From NCBI RefSeq assembly GCF_000025945.1, contig NC_006138.1, positions 1,710,001-1,742,000 of the forward strand: a stretch of DNA of 32,000 nucleotides. Direction: 5' to 3'. The notes below the pieces were generated by a model. That model searched no databases. It saw only the letters and a list, made by a program, of their open reading frames with translations, and was not told where the DNA came from. The stretch's first letter is position 1; every line of letters begins with the position of its first letter. Shown here one piece after another: positions 18,131 through 26,585 of the stretch. This DNA comes from Desulfotalea psychrophila LSv54. GTDB taxonomy: Bacteria > Desulfobacterota > Desulfobulbia > Desulfobulbales > Desulfocapsaceae. The position numbers and the translations under genes were made by a program.

Positions 18131-19273
18131 TCAAGGAGAATCATCAAAGGAGTTCAGGGATAATAAGGCACCATGCCGGTCGAGTAGCCAGCCAACAGTC
18201 TGCCAGATAAACCAGGTGCCAACGATGGCGGTATAACCATCGATGGCATAGTGCCAGCCCAGATGTACTGAACCGATTAAAATCAGTGCCAGGTGGAGCG
18301 TAAAGACGATGCCCAGTACACGGCTGGTTCTCCAACCGAGCAGAGCAAAAAGAAATGCCATGGAAACGTGCATGCTTGGCATCGCGCTGATACCGCCGCC
18401 AAAACCTCCTCCCCCATCTTTGAACGTTTTCCATAACAGCTCTTGGACATTGAGTGACCAGATAGGGTAAAAATCGTTCGCTGTCCAGAGGTAACACATA
18501 AGCGGTTGGAATGGATCAATGAGTTTAGTTACGCGGCCGTAGTAGCAGGGCCCGACCGAAGAGAAGAAGGTGGCAACAAGGTTGCCAAGCAGTGACCAGC
18601 AGCCGATAAAGGTCAAGAAGAACTGCATGCGGCCGCGGAGATCGCGCAGGCTGAAAGCCTGCCATAGCAAGACCGCATACATCACGAAGAACCAAAGATT
18701 ATAGAAAAAATTGATCGTGCTTGTGGCGGCCGGACTGCCGAAAAAAATTTGCAGGATCTGCCAGGGCTGAACACCACCGTGGAGCACGGCCTCCCATTTG
18801 CGGAACACGGCATCCCATGAATAGGGGTTTATGACCGGGATCATTGCCTTGAAGGAAGAGAAAACCGATATGAAAACTGGCAGGAAGAGCAGGATCGGCA
18901 GGGCAATCAATATCCGCTCGGCCTTGAGGTAATTCTTTCGCAGGTCTGTCAGGATATATCTGGTTAAATGTTCCGGTCGAATAAAAATCATCACATAGAG
19001 AGCATGTCCACAGAAGAAGGCCGTGAGGAAACATCCGAATAGTAAGCCGAGGCGACCGTTGAATAGCCTTGATATAGACATCACTTGGGCCTTGTCGTAG
19101 GCCCAGGTGACGATGAAGCCGGCAGTTGTGTAGCAGATGATCAGGGCAATGAAGAGGGCATGTGCCCGCAGGGTGAATAAAAGCTTAGTAGCGAGACTGG
19201 ATCGACCCTCCCAGACGGTGCTCAGCTGGAATGTAGTCCAAAAATTCGATTTATTTGAGAGTGCCTTTTTCAT
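18131..19273 (-). CDS. Polytopic membrane protein with a PAP2_3 / sphingomyelin-synthase-like phosphotransferase domain
   Basis: 380 aa with about 8 TM segments. The C-terminal motifs SAMPSMHVS and GSVHLGWHYAIDGY resemble the SGH and HYxxD catalytic blocks of IPC and SM synthases and the PAP2 superfamily. Confidence 0.65.
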   Translation of the reverse strand: MKKALSNKSNFWTTFQLSTVWEGRSSLATKLLFTLRAHALFIALIICYTTAGFIVTWAYDKAQVMSISRLFNGRLGLLFGCFLTAFFCGHALYVMIFIRPEHLTRYILTDLRKNYLKAERILIALPILLFLPVFISVFSSFKAMIPVINPYSWDAVFRKWEAVLHGGVQPWQILQIFFGSPAATSTINFFYNLWFFVMYAVLLWQAFSLRDLRGRMQFFLTFIGCWSLLGNLVATFFSSVGPCYYGRVTKLIDPFQPLMCYLWTANDFYPIWSLNVQELLWKTFKDGGGGFGGGISAMPSMHVSMAFLFALLGWRTSRVLGIVFTLHLALILIGSVHLGWHYAIDGYTAIVGTWFIWQTVGWLLDRHGALLSLNSFDDSP

Positions 19274-19829
19274 ATTATGCTTCTCTGGGGAAGATGGAAT
19301 ACAATTTCACTTAATTATATTAAATAATTGTTGGGTCCCCTACGATTTATTTCTTAAATAAATTTTCTTTGAGTTGATGGAACTCTTTCAGCTTATCCAT
19401 GGGCCTTCAATGCTTTTGCTGGAGGACTGATTATAAATATGGTTCATATCGTTTCCTATTCTCAAGGTCTCCTGCTGACTAGAATGTAGCTCTCCTAAGG
19501 ATAGCAGCGACACGTTTTTTGAAACGTTCAACTATTTCGTTTGCTTGAGAGGCTTTGATTTTATAAGTCTATGCTCAATACTGTGGGCTGTCCAGTTTTT
19601 GTTAGAGGCGTGTTTAGCCGTAGGTCCTGTTGGCCCGTATCGCCTACCCTCCTCCTTCCCGCACTGCTTTCCTCTCATAGACAGTGGTTAATCTGTGAGC
19701 GGCTAATGAAATTTAAATTTACTTTTAGATGGATTAGTGTTAGGAATTATTCATTTTTTTGTATAAAGAATCTTGAGAATATTTTTTAAACACAAGGACT
19801 TTCACAGTCTTAACAGGAAAGAGGAGCCT

Positions 19830-20882
19830 ATGTCTCAACTATTTGCCTTTATCGGCGCCATCGTAATATTTCTCACTCCGGCAAACCTGTTGGCAAACGA
19901 TATACTGGATTTCTTCGATCAGACAATCACAACCGTCTCGAAGCAGCAGGGTGAGAGGAACCACTCCTCTGCAGTCGCATCGTCCTTTTTTTGCAAGGGC
20001 CGGGTCTTTCTCTGGGAGTCTTCTGCTGGACAAGGCGGAGAGATGAAGGTGATCTGGAGCTCGGGAAACCGGTTTGGTATAAGCCAGATTAACCGAAAGA
20101 ACAGGGCGGCCGGAGAGGTTGCCTTTTCCGGAGAGATCAAGGGCAATAGGGTGATTTTGGAAAATCGTGAATGGGGCGAGCTCTGGCGGGGAGCTGTGCA
20201 TGGCAATAAAATTGTCGGCAAGATCGATGGCGTTTACACATTCAGGATCTGGCCTCGTAAACCTAAGGCCTCCTCGCAGCCCCCAGGAAAACTGTTTAGG
20301 GAGGGCAAGGTTCTTAAATGGAATGCTTCATCGGGGCAGGGCGGCAAGATGAGGGTGACTTGGAGAAGTGGCAATCGGTTCAAGGTGGCCCAGACTAATG
20401 ACAAGAACAGGGCGGCCGGTGAAGTACTCCTTTACGGCAAAATGAGCGGAAACAGGGTGACCATTGAAAACCGGGAATGGAATGAGGTTTGGAGGGGTGT
20501 CAGTAATGGTAGCCGGGTAAAGGGCAAGATCAACCAGCGTTACGATTTTAAGATATGGCTCCCTGCTTCGGCGATTTCGAAAATCGAGAAGAAATCGGCC
20601 CTTCTGGAAAAGGGGAATCTCTTTCGTTGGCACTCCTCCGCCGGTCAGGAGGGAAAAATGGAGGTTACCTGGATTCGGGGCTCTCGCTTTAGGATGAGCC
20701 AGACCAACAGGAACAACCGGGCCGCGGGAAAGGTGATCCTGCACGGTAAACGTAAGGGTAATAGAATTATTCTTGAAAGTCCTCAGTGGGATGAAACATG
20801 GGTGGGAACTATCACCGGTCGTGGCGAAATTACAGGGAAGATTAACGGTCAATATGGATTCAGGATGAAGCGGGTATATTGA
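19830..20882 (+). CDS. Secreted protein made of three tandem ~100-aa repeats. No family recognised.
   Basis: The start is moved to MSQLFAFIGAIVIFLTPANLLAND (signal peptide) at 19830, preceded by AGGAAAGAGGAG. Three repeats share W-xSS-GQGG-M-V-W-xGNRF-Q-N-xNRAAGEV-G-GNRV-EN-EW-E-W-G-GKI-Y-F-IW. Confidence 0.8.
   Translation: MSQLFAFIGAIVIFLTPANLLANDILDFFDQTITTVSKQQGERNHSSAVASSFFCKGRVFLWESSAGQGGEMKVIWSSGNRFGISQINRKNRAAGEVAFSGEIKGNRVILENREWGELWRGAVHGNKIVGKIDGVYTFRIWPRKPKASSQPPGKLFREGKVLKWNASSGQGGKMRVTWRSGNRFKVAQTNDKNRAAGEVLLYGKMSGNRVTIENREWNEVWRGVSNGSRVKGKINQRYDFKIWLPASAISKIEKKSALLEKGNLFRWHSSAGQEGKMEVTWIRGSRFRMSQTNRNNRAAGKVILHGKRKGNRIILESPQWDETWVGTITGRGEITGKINGQYGFRMKRVY
19986..20867 (+). repeat. 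Three in-frame tandem coding repeats (19986-20252, 20292-20558, 20601-20867)
   Basis: Ungapped hand alignment of repeat 1 against repeat 2 gives 49 identical positions out of 89. Repeat 3 keeps the same conserved W/G/N/R skeleton. Confidence 0.9.
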
Positions 20883-21082
20883 AACCCGTTTCACCTTTGT
20901 TTCGCTACTCTCTTGAACGGGGATGCTGCTGAAAATAGTATGAGTCTCACCTCGTGCTATTTTTGTCTTCTCATTAGTGGCAATATGTTTACATCGTCTT
21001 GGGGACGATTATTGGATAGGTTCTGAGCGGCAGAGTTGAAATATTACCTATGGGATTTAGCTTTCCGGCCTAGCGAAAAATC

Positions 21083-21111
21083 TTGACATAACTGCCGCCC
21101 TGTGGCATAAA
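21083..21111 (+). promoter_or_regulatory. Sigma70-type promoter of the TetR gene (TTGACA-17 nt-CATAAA)
   Basis: TTGACA lies at 21083-21088, followed by a 17-nt spacer and CATAAA at 21106-21111. This places the transcription start downstream of the track ATG (21112) and upstream of the SD and GTG at 21145. Confidence 0.5.
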
Positions 21112-21124
21112 ATGAACATTCATT
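21111..21124. promoter_or_regulatory. Putative TetR operator 1 (AATGAA-ca-TTCATT) overlapping the -10/TSS of the TetR gene
   Basis: Inverted 6-bp arms with a 2-nt centre. It has the same half-site pattern (AAyGAA NN TTCrTT) as the palindrome at 21811. Confidence 0.5.
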
Positions 21125-21144
21125 CTAATAAAAGAGGAGAGCCT

Positions 21145-21741
21145 GTGGAAGTGAAAAAAGAGAAGATAAGCCGGCGGAACAAGGATATCCGGGCCATGAT
21201 CCTGGATGCGGCCCTGGATCTTTTTTCTACCCGAGGTTATTTTTCTACATCGGTACACCATATCCAGAAGCAGGCCGGGGTCAGCATCGGCTCCATCTAT
21301 CACCACTTTAAAAATAAGGAGGCCATAGCCAAGGCCCTTTACGATGATTTGGTGGCAATGATGGGCCAGTCCATGGCAGAGATCATGGCCTCTGGGGAAA
21401 ACAGCGAACACCGCCTAAAGGCTGTCTGCGCTCATCTCTTTGCACTGACAGAAAGCTCACCGAAGATAATGCAGTATATTCTCTATGCTCGGCATCGGGA
21501 GTTTATGCCCGACGAGCTACCCATCTGCTCTTCCCGTCCCTTTGTCATTATTCAGGATATGGTTCGGGAGGGTATGGAGAGGGGAGAGCTGAGGCAGATG
21601 AATCTTACCGTGGCCAGCGCCTCTGTTATGGGAGCAGCCATTCGCCTGATCTATCTTAGCCTGGACGGTGTCCTGGAGAAACCGGTAAGCTCCTATCTCG
21701 ACGAGATCTGGGAGTGTAGTTGGAAAAGCGTCGCCGTCTAG
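21145..21741 (+). CDS. TetR/AcrR-family transcriptional regulator
   Basis: The N-terminal HTH is ILDAALDLFSTRGYFSTSVHHIQKQAGVSIGSIYHHFKNKEAI. The start is moved to the GTG at 21145, which has AGAGGAG 5 nt upstream. Confidence 0.85.
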   Translation: MEVKKEKISRRNKDIRAMILDAALDLFSTRGYFSTSVHHIQKQAGVSIGSIYHHFKNKEAIAKALYDDLVAMMGQSMAEIMASGENSEHRLKAVCAHLFALTESSPKIMQYILYARHREFMPDELPICSSRPFVIIQDMVREGMERGELRQMNLTVASASVMGAAIRLIYLSLDGVLEKPVSSYLDEIWECSWKSVAV

Positions 21742-21810
21742 GACTCAGATCCTGTAGCCGAGGTGGGCAGGGGGATAGAAGCTCTGTCCATTTTTTACAA
21801 TAACAAGCAG

Positions 21811-21824
21811 AACGAACGTTCGTT
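21811..21824. promoter_or_regulatory. Putative TetR operator 2, a perfect 14-bp palindrome AACGAACGTTCGTT upstream of the flavoprotein gene
   Basis: It is exactly self-complementary and lies 26 nt upstream of the ATG at 21850, in the 97-bp TetR-flavoprotein spacer. Confidence 0.55.
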
Positions 21825-21849
21825 TTAGAAACAGACAATGGAGAAAAGC

Positions 21850-23181
21850 ATGAAAAAAAGCGATATTATTATTATAGGAGGCGGTGCCGCAGGTATCGTT
21901 GCTGTCAATACCATCCATGCCCTCAATCCCGGTCTTTCCCTTACTCTGATCAAAGATGAGGAGGCACTTGTCAACCGATGTTCCATTCCCTATGGGATGG
22001 GTAGAGAAAAGGGTATTGAAAACTATATTGTTCCCAATAGCCACATCACTGCTACTGGAGCAGACCTTGTTATTGGCCGGGTGGAGGAGATTGATACCCG
22101 AAAAAAAGAGGTAATTCTCCAGACCGGTGAGAGCTATGCCTATGGACAGCTGCTTCTGGCAACCGGCTCCCGTCCCATACTTCCTCAGTTGCCTGGTATC
22201 GAATCGGAGAGGATATTGGTGGTGCGTTCCCTTGGTGATCTGGAACGTCTCCGTGTCTCAGTCCGGTCCGGGCGAAGAGCCTTGGTTGTGGGCGGGGGGT
22301 ATGTGGGGGTGGAGCTGGCCACTGAACTTCAGCAGTTGGGGCTTAGGGTCTCTCTGGTTGAGATGCGGGAGAGAATTCTTCTGGCTACCACCGAGCCGGA
22401 GTTTATTACTGAAGTGGAACAGATGCTTGAGGGCAGGGGCATTCACCTTATGACCGGAAGGCAGGTAACGGCATTTGAAGATGATGGCCGGGAGAGGGTT
22501 GGGGTGAGGCTCGACGATGGGACGGTGCTTGAAGTCGATCTGGTTGTTTTCTCTGCCGGGGTTGTGCCCAATATGGAACTTGCCCAGCGGGCGGGCATAG
22601 CAACCTCTTCTTTAGGAATTATCACCGATAAGAGTCTCAGAACCAGCGTCAGGGATGTCTTTGCTGCCGGTGATTGTGCGGAAAAGCAAGCATTTGTCAC
22701 AGGTCAGCCCACCCGGGGAGATTTTGGTACCAATGCAGTTTTTATGGGCTCGGTGGCAGGACAAAATATGGCCGGGATGGCTGCTTCCTTTATGGGGACC
22801 ATTAATGCCAATGTTTCTATGGTCTATGATACCAGCTTTGGTTCGGCGGGGCTGACCGAGGCAGGGGCCAGGCAGGCGGGCATCGATGTGGTCGTGGGAT
22901 TTTCTGAAACCCTTGATAAATATCCCATGATTGATGGGGCCGCCCCCCTTCGCACTAAATTGATTTTTACTCGGAGTAACGGCGTGCTTATCGGTGGAAG
23001 TGTCATGAAAGAGGGTCGGGGCGTGGCTCCGCATATTGACCTGATCTCTCTTGCCATTCAGAAAAGAACCACCATTGAGGAATTTCTCTGCCATCAATAT
23101 GCCACCCACCCTCAATTGGCAGCGGTCCCCACCGAAAACAGCTGTTTGTTGGCCACCATGGCTGCCATGGCCAGTAGGTAG
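21850..23181 (+). CDS. FAD-dependent pyridine nucleotide-disulfide oxidoreductase, CoA-disulfide reductase / NADH oxidase (Nox/Npx/CoADR) family
   Basis: The motifs are FAD IIIIGGGAAG, single redox Cys context VNRCSIPYG, NAD(P)H ALVVGGGYVGVELA and second FAD VFAAGDCA. The start is moved to MKKSDIII (21850), which has GGAG 6 nt upstream. Confidence 0.8.
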   Translation: MKKSDIIIIGGGAAGIVAVNTIHALNPGLSLTLIKDEEALVNRCSIPYGMGREKGIENYIVPNSHITATGADLVIGRVEEIDTRKKEVILQTGESYAYGQLLLATGSRPILPQLPGIESERILVVRSLGDLERLRVSVRSGRRALVVGGGYVGVELATELQQLGLRVSLVEMRERILLATTEPEFITEVEQMLEGRGIHLMTGRQVTAFEDDGRERVGVRLDDGTVLEVDLVVFSAGVVPNMELAQRAGIATSSLGIITDKSLRTSVRDVFAAGDCAEKQAFVTGQPTRGDFGTNAVFMGSVAGQNMAGMAASFMGTINANVSMVYDTSFGSAGLTEAGARQAGIDVVVGFSETLDKYPMIDGAAPLRTKLIFTRSNGVLIGGSVMKEGRGVAPHIDLISLAIQKRTTIEEFLCHQYATHPQLAAVPTENSCLLATMAAMASR

Positions 23182-23293
23182 GAGGCGGTGTCCTGAACTC
23201 TCACAGCTCTTTTGAGAAGATCCTGTTCCATGGTAGGCCTGGGCAGAAGAGACAGATCTACCATGAGGGCCTCTTGCAAGGGTGAAACAGCTC

Positions 23294-24070
23294 TTAGTTG
23301 AGGAAGGTCTTTCTGCTGCTCAGGGCCGGAAAGGAGCAACGCGCCTCTTTAACTGCGTTAAGGTTGATTTCAGCGCTGATGGAGTTGTCCATGTCATCTG
23401 CTTGGGCCAGTATCTGGCCATTGGGGCCGACGATCATGCTATTGCCGGCAAGTTGCACACCCTTGCTCATACCCCTTGCATTTGCTGAGATGAGAAGGGC
23501 CTGGTTTTCCAGGGCCCGTACCCGATTGAGGAGGGCCCAATCGGCAAGGCGGGCCAGGGGCCAGGCGGCACAGATTAAAAATATCTCAGTACCCTGATCG
23601 ACCATTTTTCGGAAGAGTTCGGGGAAACGGAGGTCAAAGCAGGTTGCCATTCCTATTATTCCCAGCTTCGTGTTGATGACAGAGATCTCCTGGCCAGCCG
23701 AGAGTATCTCTGTTTCCAAGGAGGCAAAACCAAAGAGATGGATTTTTCTGTAGTTCCCTAGAATATCTCCGTCAGGTGAGATGAGATAGCTGCTGTTATA
23801 GTATTTGTCCTCTATCTTTTCGACAAAGCTTCCCGAGTGGATGAAAGACGATGTCTTTACGGCCATCTCACGTACCATGCTGAGGGTTGGCCCCTTCCTC
23901 TCCTCGGCAAGGCTCCTGTAGGCGGCAAAGTTCATAAAACCGGTATTCCAGATTTCGGGCAGGATGATAAGGTCGGACTCCCGGCATAGCTCTATCTCTG
24001 TCCGGGCCCGGGCAATGCTTGCCGCCTTGTCATCTTCAACGACCGCTAGCTGAATGGCTGAAATTTTCAT
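23294..24070 (-). CDS. Carbon-nitrogen hydrolase (nitrilase superfamily, Nit/omega-amidase-like)
   Basis: 258 aa. The Glu-Lys-Cys triad contexts are LIILPEIWNTG, YRKIHLF and MATCFDLRFPE. Confidence 0.85.
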   Translation of the reverse strand: MKISAIQLAVVEDDKAASIARARTEIELCRESDLIILPEIWNTGFMNFAAYRSLAEERKGPTLSMVREMAVKTSSFIHSGSFVEKIEDKYYNSSYLISPDGDILGNYRKIHLFGFASLETEILSAGQEISVINTKLGIIGMATCFDLRFPELFRKMVDQGTEIFLICAAWPLARLADWALLNRVRALENQALLISANARGMSKGVQLAGNSMIVGPNGQILAQADDMDNSISAEINLNAVKEARCSFPALSSRKTFLN

Positions 24071-24142
24071 GCTGCCCCTCTTGGTTGGATGGGTGGGCTG
24101 TCTATTTCGGTATTGAGAGTAATATGTGGAAAGGTAAGAGTT

Positions 24143-25135
24143 TCATTCTGCTGTCAAGCAACATCTCTTGCTGGCATTCTCAGGGGCTTTTTCTGTAATA
24201 GGTTCATTTGCTGTTGGCCATGGTATGTTCTGCTCATCTCTGTATAGCATAACCTGGTTTTTGCCGTTGCCTTTTGCAGCATAGAGGGCCTTGTCAGCAT
24301 TGTTGATTAAGATTTCCGGATTTGTGCCAATTGAAAATTCTGAGACGCCAAAACTGCATGTTCTCTTGCCGGCGGTACCATTGTCGTAATTGGCAATATT
24401 CAGGCGGATTTTTTCGGCTACTACGGCAGCACCTGTTAGATAAGTTTCAGGCAGGAGGATGATAAATTCTTCACCGCCCCATCGAGCGAAGAGATCACTT
24501 TCTCGAATGCTTTTTGCCGTTAGAGACGACAGCCCTTTGAGGACTTCATCACCCACCAGGTGTCCATAGGTGTCATTGACAGATTTGAAGTTGTCGATAT
24601 CAATCATAATTAATGAAAATGGATGGTTATGGCGATTGGCCCTCATTACCTCAGTGGCTAATAAGTCGTTGAACATCTTTCTGTTGTAGCAGCCAAGAAG
24701 AGGGTCTGTGCTGGCTTGTTTTTTTACAATATCAAGCTGTTCGTTAATGGTTGCCTTGGCTTCGAGTAAGGCTGTTGTATCATAGATTATGACACTTATT
24801 TCATCGCTGCCCAAGGGTGTTATAACAACATCTTGATGCATGTATCGGAAACGTGAATTCGTGATTTTGTTCAGCGGGATGGGAATTATGTACTTGTCGA
24901 TTTGTGAGTTGGTGAAGGTAGAAGATTGTAGCTTAAGAGAAACCTTCACCTTTCTTTTTAAAATTTTAAATGACGTATCGGGAAACAGTTCATCAACTCT
25001 CTTCCCCTGAGCTGATTCCTGGCTAATACCTGTGTTAATTGCCAACCAGTTGTTCCAGAAGAGGATAGTCAGGTGCCTGTCTATGATGAGCACGCCATTA
25101 TCAATGATATTTAGAACAGTTGTTTCTGTATCCAT
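24143..25135 (-). CDS. PAS-GGDEF diguanylate cyclase
   Basis: 330 aa with an N-terminal PAS-like segment (GVLIIDRHLTILFWNNWLAINTGI). It has the active site GGEEF with an intact I-site RESD five residues upstream (RESDLFARWGGEEF). Confidence 0.9.
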   Translation of the reverse strand: MDTETTVLNIIDNGVLIIDRHLTILFWNNWLAINTGISQESAQGKRVDELFPDTSFKILKRKVKVSLKLQSSTFTNSQIDKYIIPIPLNKITNSRFRYMHQDVVITPLGSDEISVIIYDTTALLEAKATINEQLDIVKKQASTDPLLGCYNRKMFNDLLATEVMRANRHNHPFSLIMIDIDNFKSVNDTYGHLVGDEVLKGLSSLTAKSIRESDLFARWGGEEFIILLPETYLTGAAVVAEKIRLNIANYDNGTAGKRTCSFGVSEFSIGTNPEILINNADKALYAAKGNGKNQVMLYRDEQNIPWPTANEPITEKAPENASKRCCLTAE

Positions 25136-25723
25136 CTAGATGTTTTCCATGAAATCATTGAGAGCATTTTCTAACCAGGCAAACATTTCATCGCTGAATA
25201 AAATGATCAACTTACCGTTAATGTTGAGTTCTTCGAAGGCTAGTATCGTGCTTATGACAATAACTTTGTTGAACTGTGAAGCATGGTTAGCCCGGATGAT
25301 GAAATTCGTAAAATCGATGGATGGGGGTGCAAAAGCAACCTCGGTGTCAAGCATTTCGGCGAGTTTCCCAATGCATGATGAGCTGAGGATATTTGATATT
25401 TCAAGAATGTTCTGTTGTACTTCATTCTCTTCAAACTCTTCATCCTTGTCAATAATAGTGTGCATGTTTTTGCCACTCTCAGGATCAATGACCAGAACTA
25501 CTTCACCGTGAAATGTGCCCTTGAACTGCTGTGAGCTGACATAAAATTTGTTATCGTTACTTCCGACAATAAATTCATTAACTCTTTCAAGGTCAACAAA
25601 ATCTATGGTTGGAACATGGAGAGTCGCAAAGTTATCAAAAAGATCGGCAATAGTTGCTGTCGCAGATCCAAAAGATATATTTGTCAGCTCTTCGAGAACG
25701 TCTTTTAGGTCATCACCTATCAT
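25136..25723 (-). CDS. CheC/CheX-family CheY-P phosphatase-like protein
   Basis: 195 aa. The first site, DVLEELTN-x22-P, fits the CheC consensus D/S-x3-E-x2-N-x22-P exactly. The second repeat, QNILEISN-x22-P, has Q in place of D/S. Confidence 0.8.
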   Translation of the reverse strand: MIGDDLKDVLEELTNISFGSATATIADLFDNFATLHVPTIDFVDLERVNEFIVGSNDNKFYVSSQQFKGTFHGEVVLVIDPESGKNMHTIIDKDEEFEENEVQQNILEISNILSSSCIGKLAEMLDTEVAFAPPSIDFTNFIIRANHASQFNKVIVISTILAFEELNINGKLIILFSDEMFAWLENALNDFMENI

Positions 25724-26091
25724 TAGGCTGACTCCGGGAGAGAGGCGAGTATTTCAGTAAGTCGTTCTGCGCTGATAGGTTTTGCTTCCATTTCGGTTGC
25801 TCCGCTAGCCACGACTTTTTCTTTTGATTTAGCCTGAACGTCGGCTGTCACAATATAAACGATGGCCTGTGGGTCGTGAGCCATGATAAGGGTCAGCGCT
25901 TCAAAACCATCCATGACAGGCATGGTCAAGTCTAAAAAAAGTATGTCAGGAGAGTGCTCGCGGTAGAGGTCGACTGCCTCTTGGCCATTTTCTCCCTGAA
26001 TAATAGTAGCCGTATTTCGTATTTTTTCCGGCATTCTTTTCATCAACATCATTCGAGAAAGCCTTGTGTCGTCTATAATTAATATTTTCAT
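25723..26091 (-). CDS. Stand-alone CheY-like response-regulator receiver
   Basis: 122 aa with the acidic pocket IIDD, phospho-acceptor context FLDLTMP, T in VTAD and K in EAKP. Its stop overlaps the CheC-like start by 1 nt (TAATG). Confidence 0.9.
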   Translation of the reverse strand: MKILIIDDTRLSRMMLMKRMPEKIRNTATIIQGENGQEAVDLYREHSPDILFLDLTMPVMDGFEALTLIMAHDPQAIVYIVTADVQAKSKEKVVASGATEMEAKPISAERLTEILASLPESA

Positions 26092-26585
26092 GTTTTTCCA
26101 AATTATTAGGGCGCTAGATATCTGTAATGCTTGTCTCTGCTGAATATAGAGCTCACTCTATTGCCCTCTAAGATATTTTAAGACAACCTAGCTTCTTTAA
26201 GTTATTTTATCCAGAAATATTACTCTGCAGGTAATTAAAGTATTAAGTTGTTGGCTTCCGGGTGGCCCTGCAGATCCCTGCCCTGGAAGGTAGCCTTTGC
26301 TTTGAGCGGAGCCCTGGATAAAAGGACTCTCTCTGCCTGGGGCAGGAACTGGAGTAGGGGGACAAAGAAAAGGAGGTGAAGAGTGGTATGGATCTTAAAG
26401 AATTATAGCCAATCGGCTTGCATGATCCTGCGGCGGATAAAGGTCCCATCTTCTATCTTTAAGGTAGCTGGGGTGGATGGCATGAAGATCTGGCTTAGGG
26501 TACGAAAATAAACGGAGTCATTTCGAGCCATTTTGCTGGTTATGGCTACATATTTGCTCAAATTGCTTTGAGCTTTATGGCAGTT

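Noticed and set aside
19380-19570. Possible IS5-family transposase C-terminal remnant on the minus strand (..ANEIVERFKKRVAAILRRATF* resembles NLIERFFxKLKxFRRIATRY)
   Set aside because: The similarity spans only about 20 residues and is interrupted by stops in every frame. I could find no inverted repeats or target duplication. This is too weak to call without blastx.
26403-26531. 42-aa minus-strand ORF (MARNDSVYFRTLSQIFMPSTPATLKIEDGTFIRRRIMQADWL) in the long intergenic region
   Set aside because: It has no convincing SD and no recognisable motif, and it is short enough to occur by chance. It is mentioned only as a candidate for expression data.
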